This document shows, in pieces, positions 1-14,334 of a stretch of DNA of 64,000 bases (position 1 is its first letter; the number at the start of each line of letters is the position of its first letter). Below the pieces are notes generated by a model. That model worked only from the letters and a program-made list of their open reading frames with translations. It was not told the DNA's origin and searched no databases. A program made the translations under genes and the position numbers. This DNA comes from Pseudobdellovibrionaceae bacterium (GTDB lineage: Bacteria; Bdellovibrionota; FAC87; UBA2466; JACKAF01), in the NCBI GenBank assembly GCA_020635235.1, contig JACKAF010000002.1, positions 63,614 through 127,613 on the forward strand. Direction: 5' to 3'.

Positions 1-2
1 AA

Positions 3-944
3 GAGAACCGGATTTACCTTAAGGATTTCAATTCCAATACGATTAAGGGTAAGCACATTGCACCCCACACCATCGACATGGCGTCCATGTGGGCGGTTTT
101 GACCCGTTTGGAAGTTCCGAAGAAGGCGAACCTCACCTTATTGCAGAAGCTAAAGCTCTACAATGGTAAGACGCTGGCAGGCTTCACAGAGGACAACGTT
201 CGTGAGCTCCGTAAGGAAGCTGTCCGCGAAGGCATGGAGGGGATTTCACCTCGTTACATTCAGGACAAGATTTCTAACGCTCTGGTAAACACCAAAGATG
301 GAAACGTGGGCTGTATCAACCCCTTCATGGTTCTCAATGAGCTGGAAGCGGGGCTGCGCAGCCACTCGCTTATTTCTTCAGAAGAGAAGAAAAAGCACTA
401 CCGCGAACTTTTGGCGGTGGTGAAGCAAGAGTTCGAAGACATCGTGAAGAGCGAAGTCCAACGCGCTATTTCTGCGGACGAAGAAGCGATGGCCCGTCTT
501 TGTGCGAATTACATCGACAACGTAAAGGCTTACACGCAGCGTGAGAAGGTAAAGAACCGCTACACGGGTCAGGACGAAGAGCCCGATGAGAGATTGATGC
601 GCTCGATCGAAGACAAGATCGACATTCCGGAAAGCCGCAAGGACGACTTCCGGCGTGAGATCATGAACTACATCGGCGCCCTGGCTTTGGAAGGCCGTCC
701 GTTTGATTACAAAACGAACGAGCGTTTGCACAAGGCTTTGGAACTTAAATTGTTTGAGGATCAAAAAGACACCATCAAGCTTACCAGCCTAGTGTCCAAT
801 GTTGTGGACCAAAGCACGCAGGAAAAGATTGATATCGTCAAAGGGCGTCTAATCAAGAATTACGGTTATTGCGAAATTTGCTCTACCGATATTCTCACCT
901 TTGTCGCCTCAATCTTCGCGCGCGGTGACGTAAAGCGGAAGTAA
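3..944 (+). CDS. prkA: PrkA family serine protein kinase, C-terminal part (5' end lies outside the window)
   Basis: The frame is open from nt 3, with no stop before the first Met at 78. The sequence looks like a PrkA C-terminal region. It is followed by yeaH-like and spoVR-like genes, which together form the conserved triad. Confidence 0.85.
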   Translation, partial: ENRIYLKDFNSNTIKGKHIAPHTIDMASMWAVLTRLEVPKKANLTLLQKLKLYNGKTLAGFTEDNVRELRKEAVREGMEGISPRYIQDKISNALVNTKDGNVGCINPFMVLNELEAGLRSHSLISSEEKKKHYRELLAVVKQEFEDIVKSEVQRAISADEEAMARLCANYIDNVKAYTQREKVKNRYTGQDEEPDERLMRSIEDKIDIPESRKDDFRREIMNYIGALALEGRPFDYKTNERLHKALELKLFEDQKDTIKLTSLVSNVVDQSTQEKIDIVKGRLIKNYGYCEICSTDILTFVASIFARGDVKRK

Positions 945-965
945 ACGCCGAAGGGAAAACACCGG

Positions 966-2072
966 ATGATCGCCGGAATCAAGCGAGATCACCTACGTTT
1001 TAAACAGATCGTTAAGGGTAAGATTAAGCGAAATCTAAAGAAGTATATTACCCAGGGCGAAATGATAGGGCGGCAAGGGAAAGACTACGTCAGTATTCCC
1101 ATTGCTCAGATCGATCTGCCTCGCTTCAAGTTTGGAAAGAAGCAACAAGGTGGAGTCGGTCAGGGCGAAGGTGCGCCCGGCTCTCCCGTAGGCCAAGGGG
1201 ATCAAGAGGGCGAAGGTTCCAAAGCGGGGCAGGGTGAAGGCAAGCACTTCCTCGAAGTGGACGTGACGCTTCAGGAGCTGGCGGAAATGCTGGCCGAAGA
1301 GCTTGAACTTCCGCGCATCGAACCCAAGGGTCACCGCCAGACGGAAAGCATGCGACGGCGGTACAGCGGCATCAATACGGCCGGGCCAGACTCTCTTCGC
1401 CACATCAAGCGTACCTACCGCGAGGCCTTGAAAAGGCAGATTCTTTCGGGAATGTATAACCCCAAAGATCCCGTCATCATTCCTATCAAATCAGATTTTC
1501 GTTACCGTACCTGGAAGAACGTTCAGGTGCCGGAGAACAATGCGGTCATCATCTACATGATGGACGTTTCCGGCAGTATGGGAGATGAACAGAAAGAAAT
1601 CGTGCGAACGGCCTCTTTCTGGATCGATACCTGGATTCAGTCTCAGTATAAGGACATCGACGTCCGCTATATTATTCACGACGCAACCGCGAAGGAAGTC
1701 GATCAAAACACTTTTTACCACACACGCGAAAGCGGCGGGACGCTCATCAGCTCTGCGTACCGTCTATGCAATGAGATGATCGATCGCGAGTATCCACTGA
1801 GTGACTGGAATATCTACGCTTTTCATTTTTCTGACGGTGATAACTGGTCGGGAGAGGACACCAAGTTTTGTGTCGAGATGCTGAAAGAGAAGATCATTCC
1901 GAAGGTGAATGCCTTTTGCTACGGCCAAGTTGAGAGCCGTTACGGGAGTGGTCAGTTTATTAAGGATTTACTCGGTTTCTTCAAGGAAGATGAGAAACTC
2001 ATCACCTCAAAGATTGAAAACAAGGAAGCGATCTACCGTGCGCTTAAAGACTTCCTAGGCAAAGGGAAATAG
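966..2072 (+). CDS. yeaH: YeaH/YhbH family protein (DUF444, vWA-like)
   Basis: A Gly/Gln/Glu-rich loop is followed by a vWA/MIDAS-like '[12 protein letters not shown]' segment. The gene sits between prkA and spoVR. Confidence 0.85.
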   Translation: MIAGIKRDHLRFKQIVKGKIKRNLKKYITQGEMIGRQGKDYVSIPIAQIDLPRFKFGKKQQGGVGQGEGAPGSPVGQGDQEGEGSKAGQGEGKHFLEVDVTLQELAEMLAEELELPRIEPKGHRQTESMRRRYSGINTAGPDSLRHIKRTYREALKRQILSGMYNPKDPVIIPIKSDFRYRTWKNVQVPENNAVIIYMMDVSGSMGDEQKEIVRTASFWIDTWIQSQYKDIDVRYIIHDATAKEVDQNTFYHTRESGGTLISSAYRLCNEMIDREYPLSDWNIYAFHFSDGDNWSGEDTKFCVEMLKEKIIPKVNAFCYGQVESRYGSGQFIKDLLGFFKEDEKLITSKIENKEAIYRALKDFLGKGK

Positions 2073-2075
2073 CAA

Positions 2076-3569
2076 ATGATTCGAGCGCTGTCCCCCGAAT
2101 TGCAGAAGGCCCAGCAAGAGATACTCGAGCTTGCCCGTGGCTATGGTCTGGATTGCTTCGAAACAATTTTCGAGCTCGTCGACTACGACGAAATTAACGA
2201 GATTGCGGCGCTGGGTGGTTTTCCGACGCGCTACCCGCATTGGCGATTTGGAATGGAATATGACTACCTCCACAAGGGGTACTCCTGGGGACTGCAAAAA
2301 ATCTATGAGCTCGTGATCAACAACGATCCTTGTTACGCCTATTTGCAAATGGGAAACATGATCGTCGATCAGAAGCTTGTGATGGCGCATGTTTATGGCC
2401 ACTGTGACTTTTTCAAGAACAACATGTGGTTTTCCAAGACCAACCGCAAGATGCTGGATCAGATGGCGAACCACGGCACCCGAATCCGCAACTTCCAGGA
2501 CAAGTACGGTGTCGAAGCCGTTGAAGATTTTATTGATTGCTGCTTGTCGATAGATAACCTAATCGATCCGCACAGCGCCTTTATCAATCCGGCGCAACAG
2601 CCCGGTCTGCTGTCCTCTCGCGAAGAAGCGGCGCCTGCCGCTGAAGTCAAAAAGCTCAGATCGCACCGCGATTATATGGATCGCTACGTGAATCCGACGG
2701 AATTTTTGGAGAAAGAACGCGAGAAACTTAGCGAACAAGCTGAGAAAGAGCGCAAGTTCCCCGCTCATCCCGAGCGCGACATCATGAAGTTTTTGATAGA
2801 CTACTCGCCCTTGGAGCCCTGGCAGCAGGAGATCCTGTCTATCATGCGCAACGAGGCTTACTACTTCGTGCCGCAGGGACAGACCAAGATCATGAACGAG
2901 GGTTGGGCCTCCTATTGGCATTCCTTTCTCATGACTCGTCACATCTTGAAGGACTCGGAAGTCATCGACTTTGCGGATCACCATAGCGGCACTCTGGCGA
3001 CTAGCCCTGGTCAGATTAATCCCTACAAACTTGGGATCGAGTTGTTTCGTGATATCGAAGATCGTTGGAACCGCGGGAAATTCGGAAAAGAGTACGAGGA
3101 ATGCGATGACATCAAGGTCAAGCGCGGCTGGGACAAAAAAGTTGGTGAGGGCCGGAAAAAGATTTTTGAGGTCCGCAAACTCTACAACGATGTCACCTTC
3201 ATCGATACGTTCATGAACGAAGAGTTCTGTGAGGCCCAGAAGCTATTCACTTATGGCTTTAACCGCCGAACCGGTCAGTACGAGATTGTGGATCGGGATT
3301 GGCGCAAGGTGAAGCAGCAACTGCTGTTTGGCCTTACTAACTTCGGAAATCCGGTGATTACCGTGAACGACGCCAATTTTGAGAACCGTGGCGAACTGCT
3401 GCTGGAACACCGCCACGAAGGTATCGATTTGGATTACGAAAAGGCCGTAGAAACCCTGCGCAATTTGCATTATTTCTGGAAGCGGCCCGTAAATATTCTC
3501 ACCAAGTACAACTCTCAGGCCAAGCTTGTCAGCTTTGATGGCAAGGAAGCCAAAGAAAAAGACGCTTAG
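2076..3569 (+). CDS. spoVR: SpoVR/YcgB family protein
   Basis: 497 aa. The '[12 protein letters not shown]' and '[10 protein letters not shown]' segments are typical of the SpoVR family. It is the third member of the PrkA triad, 3 nt after yeaH. Confidence 0.85.
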   Translation: MIRALSPELQKAQQEILELARGYGLDCFETIFELVDYDEINEIAALGGFPTRYPHWRFGMEYDYLHKGYSWGLQKIYELVINNDPCYAYLQMGNMIVDQKLVMAHVYGHCDFFKNNMWFSKTNRKMLDQMANHGTRIRNFQDKYGVEAVEDFIDCCLSIDNLIDPHSAFINPAQQPGLLSSREEAAPAAEVKKLRSHRDYMDRYVNPTEFLEKEREKLSEQAEKERKFPAHPERDIMKFLIDYSPLEPWQQEILSIMRNEAYYFVPQGQTKIMNEGWASYWHSFLMTRHILKDSEVIDFADHHSGTLATSPGQINPYKLGIELFRDIEDRWNRGKFGKEYEECDDIKVKRGWDKKVGEGRKKIFEVRKLYNDVTFIDTFMNEEFCEAQKLFTYGFNRRTGQYEIVDRDWRKVKQQLLFGLTNFGNPVITVNDANFENRGELLLEHRHEGIDLDYEKAVETLRNLHYFWKRPVNILTKYNSQAKLVSFDGKEAKEKDA

Positions 3570-3593
3570 AAAAAAACGCCAACAGGAGAGGCT

Positions 3594-4586
3594 ATGGATA
3601 CGCCACACAACGCGGGTCCGCACGAAAAGCCCCAAAAGATTATTATCGGGGACTTTGCACCGGTTAAGTTTGAAATGCTTATCCGGATGTGGAACAAGCA
3701 GAATATCGTCAGCGAAGCGGTGACGGAGGCAGGCGTGTTTCTAAGCCAGCTGAAAAGGAATCACTACGATCTTGCTATTGTGAATTTGCTACTGGGGGGC
3801 ATCGGCCCGAACAAACTGATAAAGGACGTGAAGGCTCTCTCCGCCAACAAAGATATCCGAGTTGTCGTGGTTTCCAAGCAAGTGCATCGGCTGAACATTG
3901 AAAATGCGGTCCGCGCGGGCGCGGATGATTTTGTAGCGGAGCCTTTTGATCGAGAGAACGTTTTTCATCGAATTATTTACCATCTCGGGCCCAAGAAGGT
4001 TGTTGAAGAACAGGCGCTGGAAACCGCACGTGCGGCCAACTCCTTACTCGATCACAAGGATTTCATTTCGCTACTATTAAATACGGTCGAGTCCCTCAGT
4101 CGCGAAAGCACGGAGAAGTCTCAGAACGCCATACTCCACTCGCTTCAAGGAGTCGCCCGTCTGCTGGATTCCAACCGCACCTCCCTCATATTGTTTGAGG
4201 ACAAGGTAGAGACTGGCCTTGTGGTCGCGTCGAGTGACGATCCGGACTTTAAAGACTTCCGTATTAAGTTGAATTCCTACCCAGAAGTGCAGCACGTGGC
4301 TACCACCGGGCAGATTGTCCTGGTAGACGATGTGAACCGCAATCAAATGACCAAGAACATCCAAGACAAGGTGAAGTCCATTCAGATTGGCTCCATCATG
4401 GTCTTTCCGGTGCGTTTTCACGGCAACATCATTGGGGTGCTCGTGGTGCGGCGCAAAAACTCCCAGGATCTGCCGCCAGTTGAGGTGCTCTCCATGCTGC
4501 AAGCGCTCGCCAACATCCTCGCTTCTCACTGCAATATCAAGCTATTGCTTCGCAAGATCTATAGTGACTTTGCGGCCAATGGATAA
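3594..4586 (+). CDS. Receiver-like (pseudo-REC) domain plus GAF domain protein
   Basis: The N-terminal ~120 aa has REC-like beta/alpha periodicity. However, the phospho-acceptor position reads 'YDLAIVNLLL' (Asn, not Asp), and the conserved Lys position reads 'AEPF'. The C-terminal ~150 aa looks GAF-like. Confidence 0.55.
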   Translation: MDTPHNAGPHEKPQKIIIGDFAPVKFEMLIRMWNKQNIVSEAVTEAGVFLSQLKRNHYDLAIVNLLLGGIGPNKLIKDVKALSANKDIRVVVVSKQVHRLNIENAVRAGADDFVAEPFDRENVFHRIIYHLGPKKVVEEQALETARAANSLLDHKDFISLLLNTVESLSRESTEKSQNAILHSLQGVARLLDSNRTSLILFEDKVETGLVVASSDDPDFKDFRIKLNSYPEVQHVATTGQIVLVDDVNRNQMTKNIQDKVKSIQIGSIMVFPVRFHGNIIGVLVVRRKNSQDLPPVEVLSMLQALANILASHCNIKLLLRKIYSDFAANG

Positions 4587-4603
4587 TACAAACACCCAAT
4601 AAT

Positions 4604-5938
4604 GTGGGAGAGGCCATAGCCTCTGATTCGAATATGAGTGACGCGAAAAACGATGTCATAGATGAAGAAGAGGGCGGAGAAGCCCCCTGGGAAGGGCACC
4701 CCATCTATAAAAACGCCCTAAACATCATGCGATCGGTCGGCGATGTGATCGATTTCGATGTGAACGTCTTTGCCAGACTCTCCAAACCCAGGCGTGTTCT
4801 GTACGTATCGGTGCCGGTCCGGATGGATGACGGTTCGATCAAGACTTTTGACGGCTATCGGGTGCACCACAACACTACACTGGGCCCCGGAAAGGGGGGC
4901 GTGCGCTACCATCCTGGAGTTTCGCTTGGCGAAACAGCGGGACTAGCATTGCTCATGACCCTCAAGAACTCATTGGTTCGCCTGCCTCTGGGGGGGGCCA
5001 AGGGTGGCATCAAAGTCGATCCCAACACGCTTTCCAGACGGGAAAAACAAGCGCTTACCCGCCGCTATACCAGCGAAGTGGCAATGTTTATTGGGCCGGA
5101 CAAGGATATTCCGGCCCCGGATATCGGAACGGACCCCCAAGCCATGGCGTGGATGATGGATACCTATTCCATGCACGCCGGCTATGCGGTTCCTGGTGTC
5201 GTTACTGGGAAGCCCATCGAAATTGGCGGATCCTTGGGGCGTTTGGACGCCACCGGCCGCGGGGTTGTTTACTGCATCATCGAGGCCGCCAAGAGGTTGG
5301 GCCTGGAACTCGGTCCGGAAACCGACGTTGCAGTACAGGGTTTTGGAAACGTCGGGTATCACAGCGCCAAGATCATTGCGAATATTGGCTGTCGAGTAGT
5401 GGCCGTGACCGATGTCTCGGGCGGCGTGTACAACAAGAACGGTCTGGATGTCGACAAGCTTCGGGATTGGGTTGCTGAAAACCAGGTGCTAAAGGGCTGC
5501 CCGCAGGGGGATTACATTTCCAATGAAGAACTCCTTTTCCTGCCGGTGGACATCCTGATTCCAGCGGCTCTCGGAAACCAGATCACTGTCGGAAATGCAG
5601 ACAAGGTCCGTTGCAAGATTTTGGCGGAAGGCGCCAACGGTCCGACGACTCTAGAGGCCAACAAGATTTTGGATGAAAAGGGCGTTTTCACCATTCCGGA
5701 TATTCTGGCTAACTCCGGCGGTGTGATTGTTTCCTACTTCGAGTGGGTCCAGGGAATGCAGAACTTCTTCTGGAGCGAAAAAGACGTGAATAACAAGCTT
5801 TGGGAGATTATTTCCAACGCGTTTAACCGCGTATTCGAATGCCACCAAAGCCGGAACGTCGGGATGCGAACGAGCGCATTTACGGTCTCTATCGAGCACC
5901 TGAGCCGCGCGATGTTGTGGCGCGGTTTCTTCCCCTAA
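4604..5938 (+). CDS. gdhA: Glutamate dehydrogenase (Glu/Leu/Phe/Val dehydrogenase family)
   Basis: The catalytic 'LPLGGAKGGI' motif and the Rossmann motif 'VAVQGFGNVG' are present. The true start may be an internal Met. Confidence 0.9.
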   Translation: MGEAIASDSNMSDAKNDVIDEEEGGEAPWEGHPIYKNALNIMRSVGDVIDFDVNVFARLSKPRRVLYVSVPVRMDDGSIKTFDGYRVHHNTTLGPGKGGVRYHPGVSLGETAGLALLMTLKNSLVRLPLGGAKGGIKVDPNTLSRREKQALTRRYTSEVAMFIGPDKDIPAPDIGTDPQAMAWMMDTYSMHAGYAVPGVVTGKPIEIGGSLGRLDATGRGVVYCIIEAAKRLGLELGPETDVAVQGFGNVGYHSAKIIANIGCRVVAVTDVSGGVYNKNGLDVDKLRDWVAENQVLKGCPQGDYISNEELLFLPVDILIPAALGNQITVGNADKVRCKILAEGANGPTTLEANKILDEKGVFTIPDILANSGGVIVSYFEWVQGMQNFFWSEKDVNNKLWEIISNAFNRVFECHQSRNVGMRTSAFTVSIEHLSRAMLWRGFFP

Positions 5939-5960
5939 AATTTTACTTTTGCAAAAAGAA

Positions 5961-5996
5961 AAAAGCCCGTACCGCTTAGCGGCACGGGCTTTTTCT
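5961..5996. terminator. Bidirectional rho-independent terminator between convergent gdh and the Cys-repeat gene
   Basis: The sequence is aaaaGCCCGTaCCGcttagCGGcACGGGCttttt. A GC-rich hairpin with one mismatch is flanked by an A-run and a T-run. Confidence 0.75.
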
Positions 5997-6013
5997 TTAA
6001 TACGAGTCGCTGC

Positions 6014-6373
6014 TTACTTCTTCTTGGCTTTGCAGCTGTCTTTGCCTTTGCAGTGATCCTTGCTCTTGCAGTGGTCTTTGCCCTTGCAGTGATCTTTGCC
6101 CTTGCAGTGGTCTTTACCCTTGCAGCCGTCTTTGCCTTTGCAGTGATCTTTGCTCTTGCAGTGATCTTTGCCTTTGCAGCCATCCTTACCCTTGCAACCG
6201 TCGGCGCCTTTGCAGCTGTCTTTTGCGCCACAACCGTCCGCACCGTCGCAGGCGTCTTTGCCTTTGCAGCTATTTTTGGAGCCTGTGCTCGCGCAACCGC
6301 TTAGTACTGAAAGCGTCAATGCGCCGCTGGCAACAGTACCTAGAATTGTTTTTAGAAATTCTTTTCTTGTCAT
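6014..6373 (-). CDS. Cys/Lys/Asp/His hexad-repeat lipoprotein; candidate MNIO-modified RiPP precursor or metal-binding protein
   Basis: The signal peptide ends in the lipobox L-S-G-C (Cys27). After it come 14 Cys residues at exactly 6-residue spacing (residues 36 to 114) in C-K-G-K-D-[HGSA]-type units. The gene is divergent from the DUF692/DUF2063 genes. Confidence 0.75.
   Translation of the reverse strand: MTRKEFLKTILGTVASGALTLSVLSGCASTGSKNSCKGKDACDGADGCGAKDSCKGADGCKGKDGCKGKDHCKSKDHCKGKDGCKGKDHCKGKDHCKGKDHCKSKDHCKGKDSCKAKKK
6032..6283 (-). repeat. 14 tandem 18-bp coding repeats (hexapeptide array)
   Basis: Units of the form ttgcagtgatctttgccc recur with strict 18-bp phase through the CDS. 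Confidence 0.9.
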
Positions 6374-6410
6374 GCTGTCTCCTATTTATGGGTAAGTGTT
6401 TTGGTAAAAC

Positions 6411-6430
6411 GGTCAACAAAGAGTTTGACC
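6411..6430. promoter_or_regulatory. Inverted repeat GGTCAA-N8-TTGACC in the divergent intergenic region (candidate operator)
   Basis: Perfect 6-bp arms were read directly from the sequence. The site lies between the divergent precursor-like gene and the DUF692 gene. Confidence 0.3.
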
Positions 6431-6586
6431 TATTATTATCGAGCGAAATTCGAATTTAATCTACTAAACTCTTTGTAAAGAAACGGGGGTTTGCGGCGGT
6501 GCGTTGTGTTAAGAGGGTGGTTAAGCGGTTGCGAAACGGCTGTGTTTCGGGCTACCGTTATGTGACTGCTAAATTAGATTGAGGAA

Positions 6587-7462
6587 GTGGGTACATTGCT
6601 TTCTGTCGCAGAACAGTGTTCAAACCTTGGATTTGGTGTGGGCCTAAGGACTGTGCACTACACGGACTTTATGGAGTCCTGTCCGGAAGTCGATTGGCTC
6701 GAGGCCCTGACTGAAAATTATCTTGGGACGGGAGGGCGACCCCGCCAAGTCTTGCGCCAACTGTCGATGCGTTACCCGATCGTTCTCCACGGCGTCTCAC
6801 TTTCGATCGGCGGAAGCTCCCCAATAGACCGCCACTATTTGAAACTGCTCAAGGTCCTTGCCGACGAGGTGCAAGCGCGTTGGATTTCCGATCATCTGTG
6901 CTGGACCGGGTACGCGCACCACAACCTCCACGATTTGCTACCGATGCCGTTCACTGAGGCCTCGCTCGCGCATGTTAAGAACCGTGTCGACGAGGTCCAA
7001 AACTACTTGGGCCGTGCCATTTTGCTTGAGAACCCTTCGAGCTACGCTTCTTTTGTTTTTGACGGCATCTCGGAGGCTCAGTTTTTGCGGGAGATCGTTT
7101 TGTCGACCGGGTGCGGAATCCTTCTCGATGTGAATAACGTCTACGTCAGTAGCGTAAACCACGGGCTGGATGCCAAAGTTTATATCGATACACTGCCGGC
7201 CGAAGCGGTGGGGCAGTTCCACCTTGCAGGGCACTCCCAGCGCGAGGGTTACTTACTTGATTCGCATATTGGTCCTGTTCCCGAACCCGTTTGGGATCTT
7301 TTCCGCTACACCTTGGCCCGTGTCGGGTCACGGGCAAGCTTGCTGGAATGGGACGAGGAGATCCCCTCACTCGAGGTGCTGCTGGAAGAGAATGAGAAAG
7401 CCAAAACCCTGGCCGCGCTTCCAAGCCCTGCGATCCAGATTCACCCGGAGCTACATCTATGA
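6587..7462 (+). CDS. DUF692 family multinuclear non-heme iron oxidase (MNIO; MbnB/HvfB/BufB-like)
   Basis: 'GFGVGLRTVHY', 'DWLEALTENY', 'VLHGVSLSIG' and 'LLEWDEEIP' are typical of the UPF0276/DUF692 TIM-barrel family. The start could be GTG 6587 or TTG 6596. Confidence 0.85.
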   Translation: MGTLLSVAEQCSNLGFGVGLRTVHYTDFMESCPEVDWLEALTENYLGTGGRPRQVLRQLSMRYPIVLHGVSLSIGGSSPIDRHYLKLLKVLADEVQARWISDHLCWTGYAHHNLHDLLPMPFTEASLAHVKNRVDEVQNYLGRAILLENPSSYASFVFDGISEAQFLREIVLSTGCGILLDVNNVYVSSVNHGLDAKVYIDTLPAEAVGQFHLAGHSQREGYLLDSHIGPVPEPVWDLFRYTLARVGSRASLLEWDEEIPSLEVLLEENEKAKTLAALPSPAIQIHPELHL

Positions 7463-8225
7463 ATTTCGAAGAAGCTCAGAAGTGGATGCACGCTGCCATT
7501 GTGGCTGAAGAAGCGCCCGGAGAAGCCGACGAGGTACTGAAATCGACAAACGGAGTATGCGCCCACCGCCGGCTCGGCGTTTACCGGGATATGTACCGCG
7601 TAAGAATGTCTGAGTCCTTGCAGATGGACTACGGTCTGTTGCAGTCCGTGGTGGGGGAAGAAGAATTTGAGTCTCTGTGCTGGCGGTACCTGAAAGATTT
7701 TCCCTCGACGAGTTATACGCTGAACGATCTTGGAAGAAACTTCGCTGACTTCTTAGAAATTCAAGCCGATCTACCGCCGTACGTCGGCGAGATTGCGCGC
7801 CTGGAGTACGCCATCGTTCGCTCTTTTGATGCCTTCGATCCGACTCCAGCGGATTGGGTGGAGTTGAGTGCCCTACCACTTGAGACTCTTTGCCAGAAGA
7901 GCTTGCGTCCCCTACCGTCTTTTGTGGGTGAGAGGTTCAACTACAACTTGAATAGTTTGTACGATGCCTACGTGGATGAAACCCTGTCGCCAGGGATTGT
8001 TCCGCAAGAGCAAGTCTGCAATCTACTTTTTTTTCGCGAAAACTTTCAGGTTCGCCGGTTATCGGTAGAGGATCTCAGTTGGAAGCTCTACCAGGGGCTT
8101 CGAGAGAGCCGCGATTTCGGTGAGGCCCTCGATCCGGTTCTGGCCCTGGCCAAAACACCCGACGAGCAACAAAAATTGCTCGCCTCGTTTCAAGAGTGGG
8201 TGGGCCGATCACTCCTTTACTCCGC

Positions 8226-8229
<4 letters not shown>
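7459..8229 (+). CDS. DUF2063 domain protein (HvfC/BufC/MbnC-like MNIO partner)
   Basis: It overlaps the DUF692 stop in an ATGA junction. Its size and the N-terminal 'F..A.......P........R..VYR' pattern fit DUF2063 partners of DUF692 enzymes. Confidence 0.7.
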
Positions 8230-12441
<4,212 letters not shown>

Positions 12442-12445
<4 letters not shown>

Positions 12446-13671
12446 ACTTTTGCTTCCAAAAAGTAAGTGGACGCCGCGCCGACGCCAGCCCCAGGGGTAC
12501 ATTCATGGCCCAGAGCTCGCAGCGCAATGTCCAGCGCTCCGAGGATGGTGAGGATGTCCAATTCGTCATAAAAACCCAGGTGTCCGATGCGGAAAATCTT
12601 TCCTTTGTACTCGTCTTGCCCTCCCGCAATCGTAATCGCGAAGCGATCGCGCATGTAGGAGACGATCTTCTTGCCGTCCTCAATACTGGGGGGGACTTCG
12701 ACGGCGGTAACGGCCGACGAGGGGGCGGTTGGAGCAAAGAGTTTCAAGCCCATGGCTTGGACCCCGGCTCGCGTGGCAGCTGCCAGTCTTTCGTGGAAAG
12801 AGAAGAGCGCCGGTAAGCCCGCTTTTTGGATATTCTGCAAAATGATTTCCAAACCTGAAATGAGCGAGACCGCAGGCGTCCAGGCCGTTTGGCCGGTCCC
12901 CATCGCCTTGTCCTCGGCGATCAAATCAAAATAGAACTTAGGGAGTTTGCTTTCCTTCCGGGCCGCGTGCGCCTTCTGAGACAAAGCCAAAAAAGCCAGG
13001 CCGGGGGGAAGCATGAGCGCCTTTTGAGAACCACTGACGATGGCGTCCAACTTCCATTCGTCCATCGGCAGGTTCACCACGCCGAGGGCGGTAATTGCGT
13101 CCACAATGACAAGGGCATCGCTATTTGCCCGTACTGTCTCGGCTATTTCCTTTACCGGGTGGTAGGCCCCGGTGGAGGTTTCTGAGGCCTGAAAAAGGAC
13201 CCCCTTAATCTTGGGGTGTGCCTTCAGCGCTTCGGCTACGGCCTCGGTCGAGACCGCCTGTCCCCACGGAACGTCAATGGTGCGAACTTCAAGACCATAC
13301 CGGGCGGCAATCTTGCCCCAGCGCTCGCCGAATTTCCCGCCGTTGATTGTGAGCACTTCATCCCCAGGCGAGAACAGGTTCACAATCGTGGCCTCCATGG
13401 CACCCGATCCGGAGGCCGCCAGGACGTACACGGGTTGCTCGGTTTGGAACAAGTACTTCAGACCCTCGCGCACGTTGCCCAGTACCTGACTGAATTCCTT
13501 GGTGCGGTGGTGCAGCGGCGAGCGCGACAAAACCGCCAGAACCTCTTCAGGGACTGGAGTGGGGCCAGGGGCAAAAATACGCAATTTTTCAAATACAGGA
13601 TGGGATTTCACAGGCGCGAAATTATTGGAGAGTCTGAGTACCGTCAAGTTTGGAGTGACAAAATAGGGCAC
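12442..13671 (-). CDS. Class V aminotransferase (serine-pyruvate/phosphoserine aminotransferase-like)
   Basis: 'FAPGPTPVP' at the N-terminus and 'SGSQKALMLPPGLAF', which contains the PLP-binding Lys, are present. The gene is coupled to serA, so a role as phosphoserine aminotransferase is plausible. The start is uncertain. Confidence 0.75.
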
Positions 13672-13706
13672 TCAAGGAAGTGGTAATGCGGCGCGTAAAT
13701 TGTCTC

Positions 13707-13735
13707 TTGATCTGCAAGTCCGCGATCCCTATAAT
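13707..13735 (+). promoter_or_regulatory. Sigma-70-type promoter (TTGATC-17 nt-TATAAT)
   Basis: The -35 element ttgatc is at 13707-13712 and the -10 element tataat is at 13730-13735, with a 17-nt spacer. The promoter lies about 50 nt upstream of the GTG start at 13786. Confidence 0.6.
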
Positions 13736-13785
13736 ACAACTCCCATAACTGTTTCTATCGTTCAATTCTAGCTGAAGGGGTCGCT

Positions 13786-13986
13786 GTGAAAGAGAAAGCT
13801 CGTGCGCACGTACGTTCCAAAAAGCCGAAGTCCGTTTACCAATCGCCGAAGAAAAAAAGCAAAACGCCGACACTCAAACAACTGATTCGCCAGAAGGACA
13901 TCGCAACTTTTCTGAAGTTTGTGGACTTTTATGGTTTGAGAGCGGAAGCGCTCAAAGCCATCAATGAACGTATTGCTGACGCTTAA
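13786..13986 (+). CDS. Small Lys-rich hypothetical protein
   Basis: 66-aa ORF with a GAAGGGG RBS-like sequence upstream and a promoter upstream. I recognised no family. Confidence 0.4.
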   Translation: MKEKARAHVRSKKPKSVYQSPKKKSKTPTLKQLIRQKDIATFLKFVDFYGLRAEALKAINERIADA

Positions 13987-14004
13987 TTCTTTATTGGAGG
14001 AATC

Positions 14005-14274
14005 ATGACATTGAATGGGTATGAGAAAATGCGCTTAGATCTGGCTATGCCGCTTTTGATCATTCGGGGGAAACGCGGATTTGTGTCCAATCCTTATATG
14101 AACGCTTCGGTTTGCTCACGCAAAACAAAAGAGGCGTGCGCGATTGTGGCAGGTGAAATCCACTCGCACCACGAGATGATTGAAGCGAAAGTTATCGAAG
14201 TATCGGATACCGCCCGCGCGCTTGGAGTACGGGTAGGGATGACTGGCGGCGAAGCTTTGGCCCGCTTCAAATAG
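14005..14274 (+). CDS. DUF1805 (YunC-like) domain protein
   Basis: 89 aa. The pattern 'LLIIRGKRGFV...Y' followed by 'V.GM.G.EAL' resembles the YunC family. Confidence 0.6.
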   Translation: MTLNGYEKMRLDLAMPLLIIRGKRGFVSNPYMNASVCSRKTKEACAIVAGEIHSHHEMIEAKVIEVSDTARALGVRVGMTGGEALARFK

Positions 14275-14334
14275 GATCAGCTCCGGCCTTTCCTTTAGTT
14301 TGCCATTGCTCGTAAATTTAGTATCACTTCACCG

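Noticed and set aside
6032-6283. Possible CRISPR array, because of the regular short repeats
   Set aside because: The units are contiguous, with no spacers, and lie inside a coding frame. There are no cas genes in the window.
5935-6395. Long ORFs in alternative frames and strands across the 18-bp repeat (5935-6243 minus, 6053-6304 plus, 6168-6395 plus)
   Set aside because: Their monotonous AKAKT/ALAV/PLQPS compositions are a direct consequence of the repeat. Only the 6014-6373 frame has a signal peptide, a lipobox and a sensible start context.
6388-6459. 23-aa plus-strand ORF (MGKCFGKTVNKEFDLLLSSEIRI), considered as a co-directional precursor for the DUF692 enzyme
   Set aside because: It has no signal or leader-like region and only one Cys. 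It lacks a convincing RBS and overlaps the start and RBS region of the minus-strand gene. It also lies about 130 nt from the DUF692 start. The divergent Cys-repeat lipoprotein is a far better substrate candidate.
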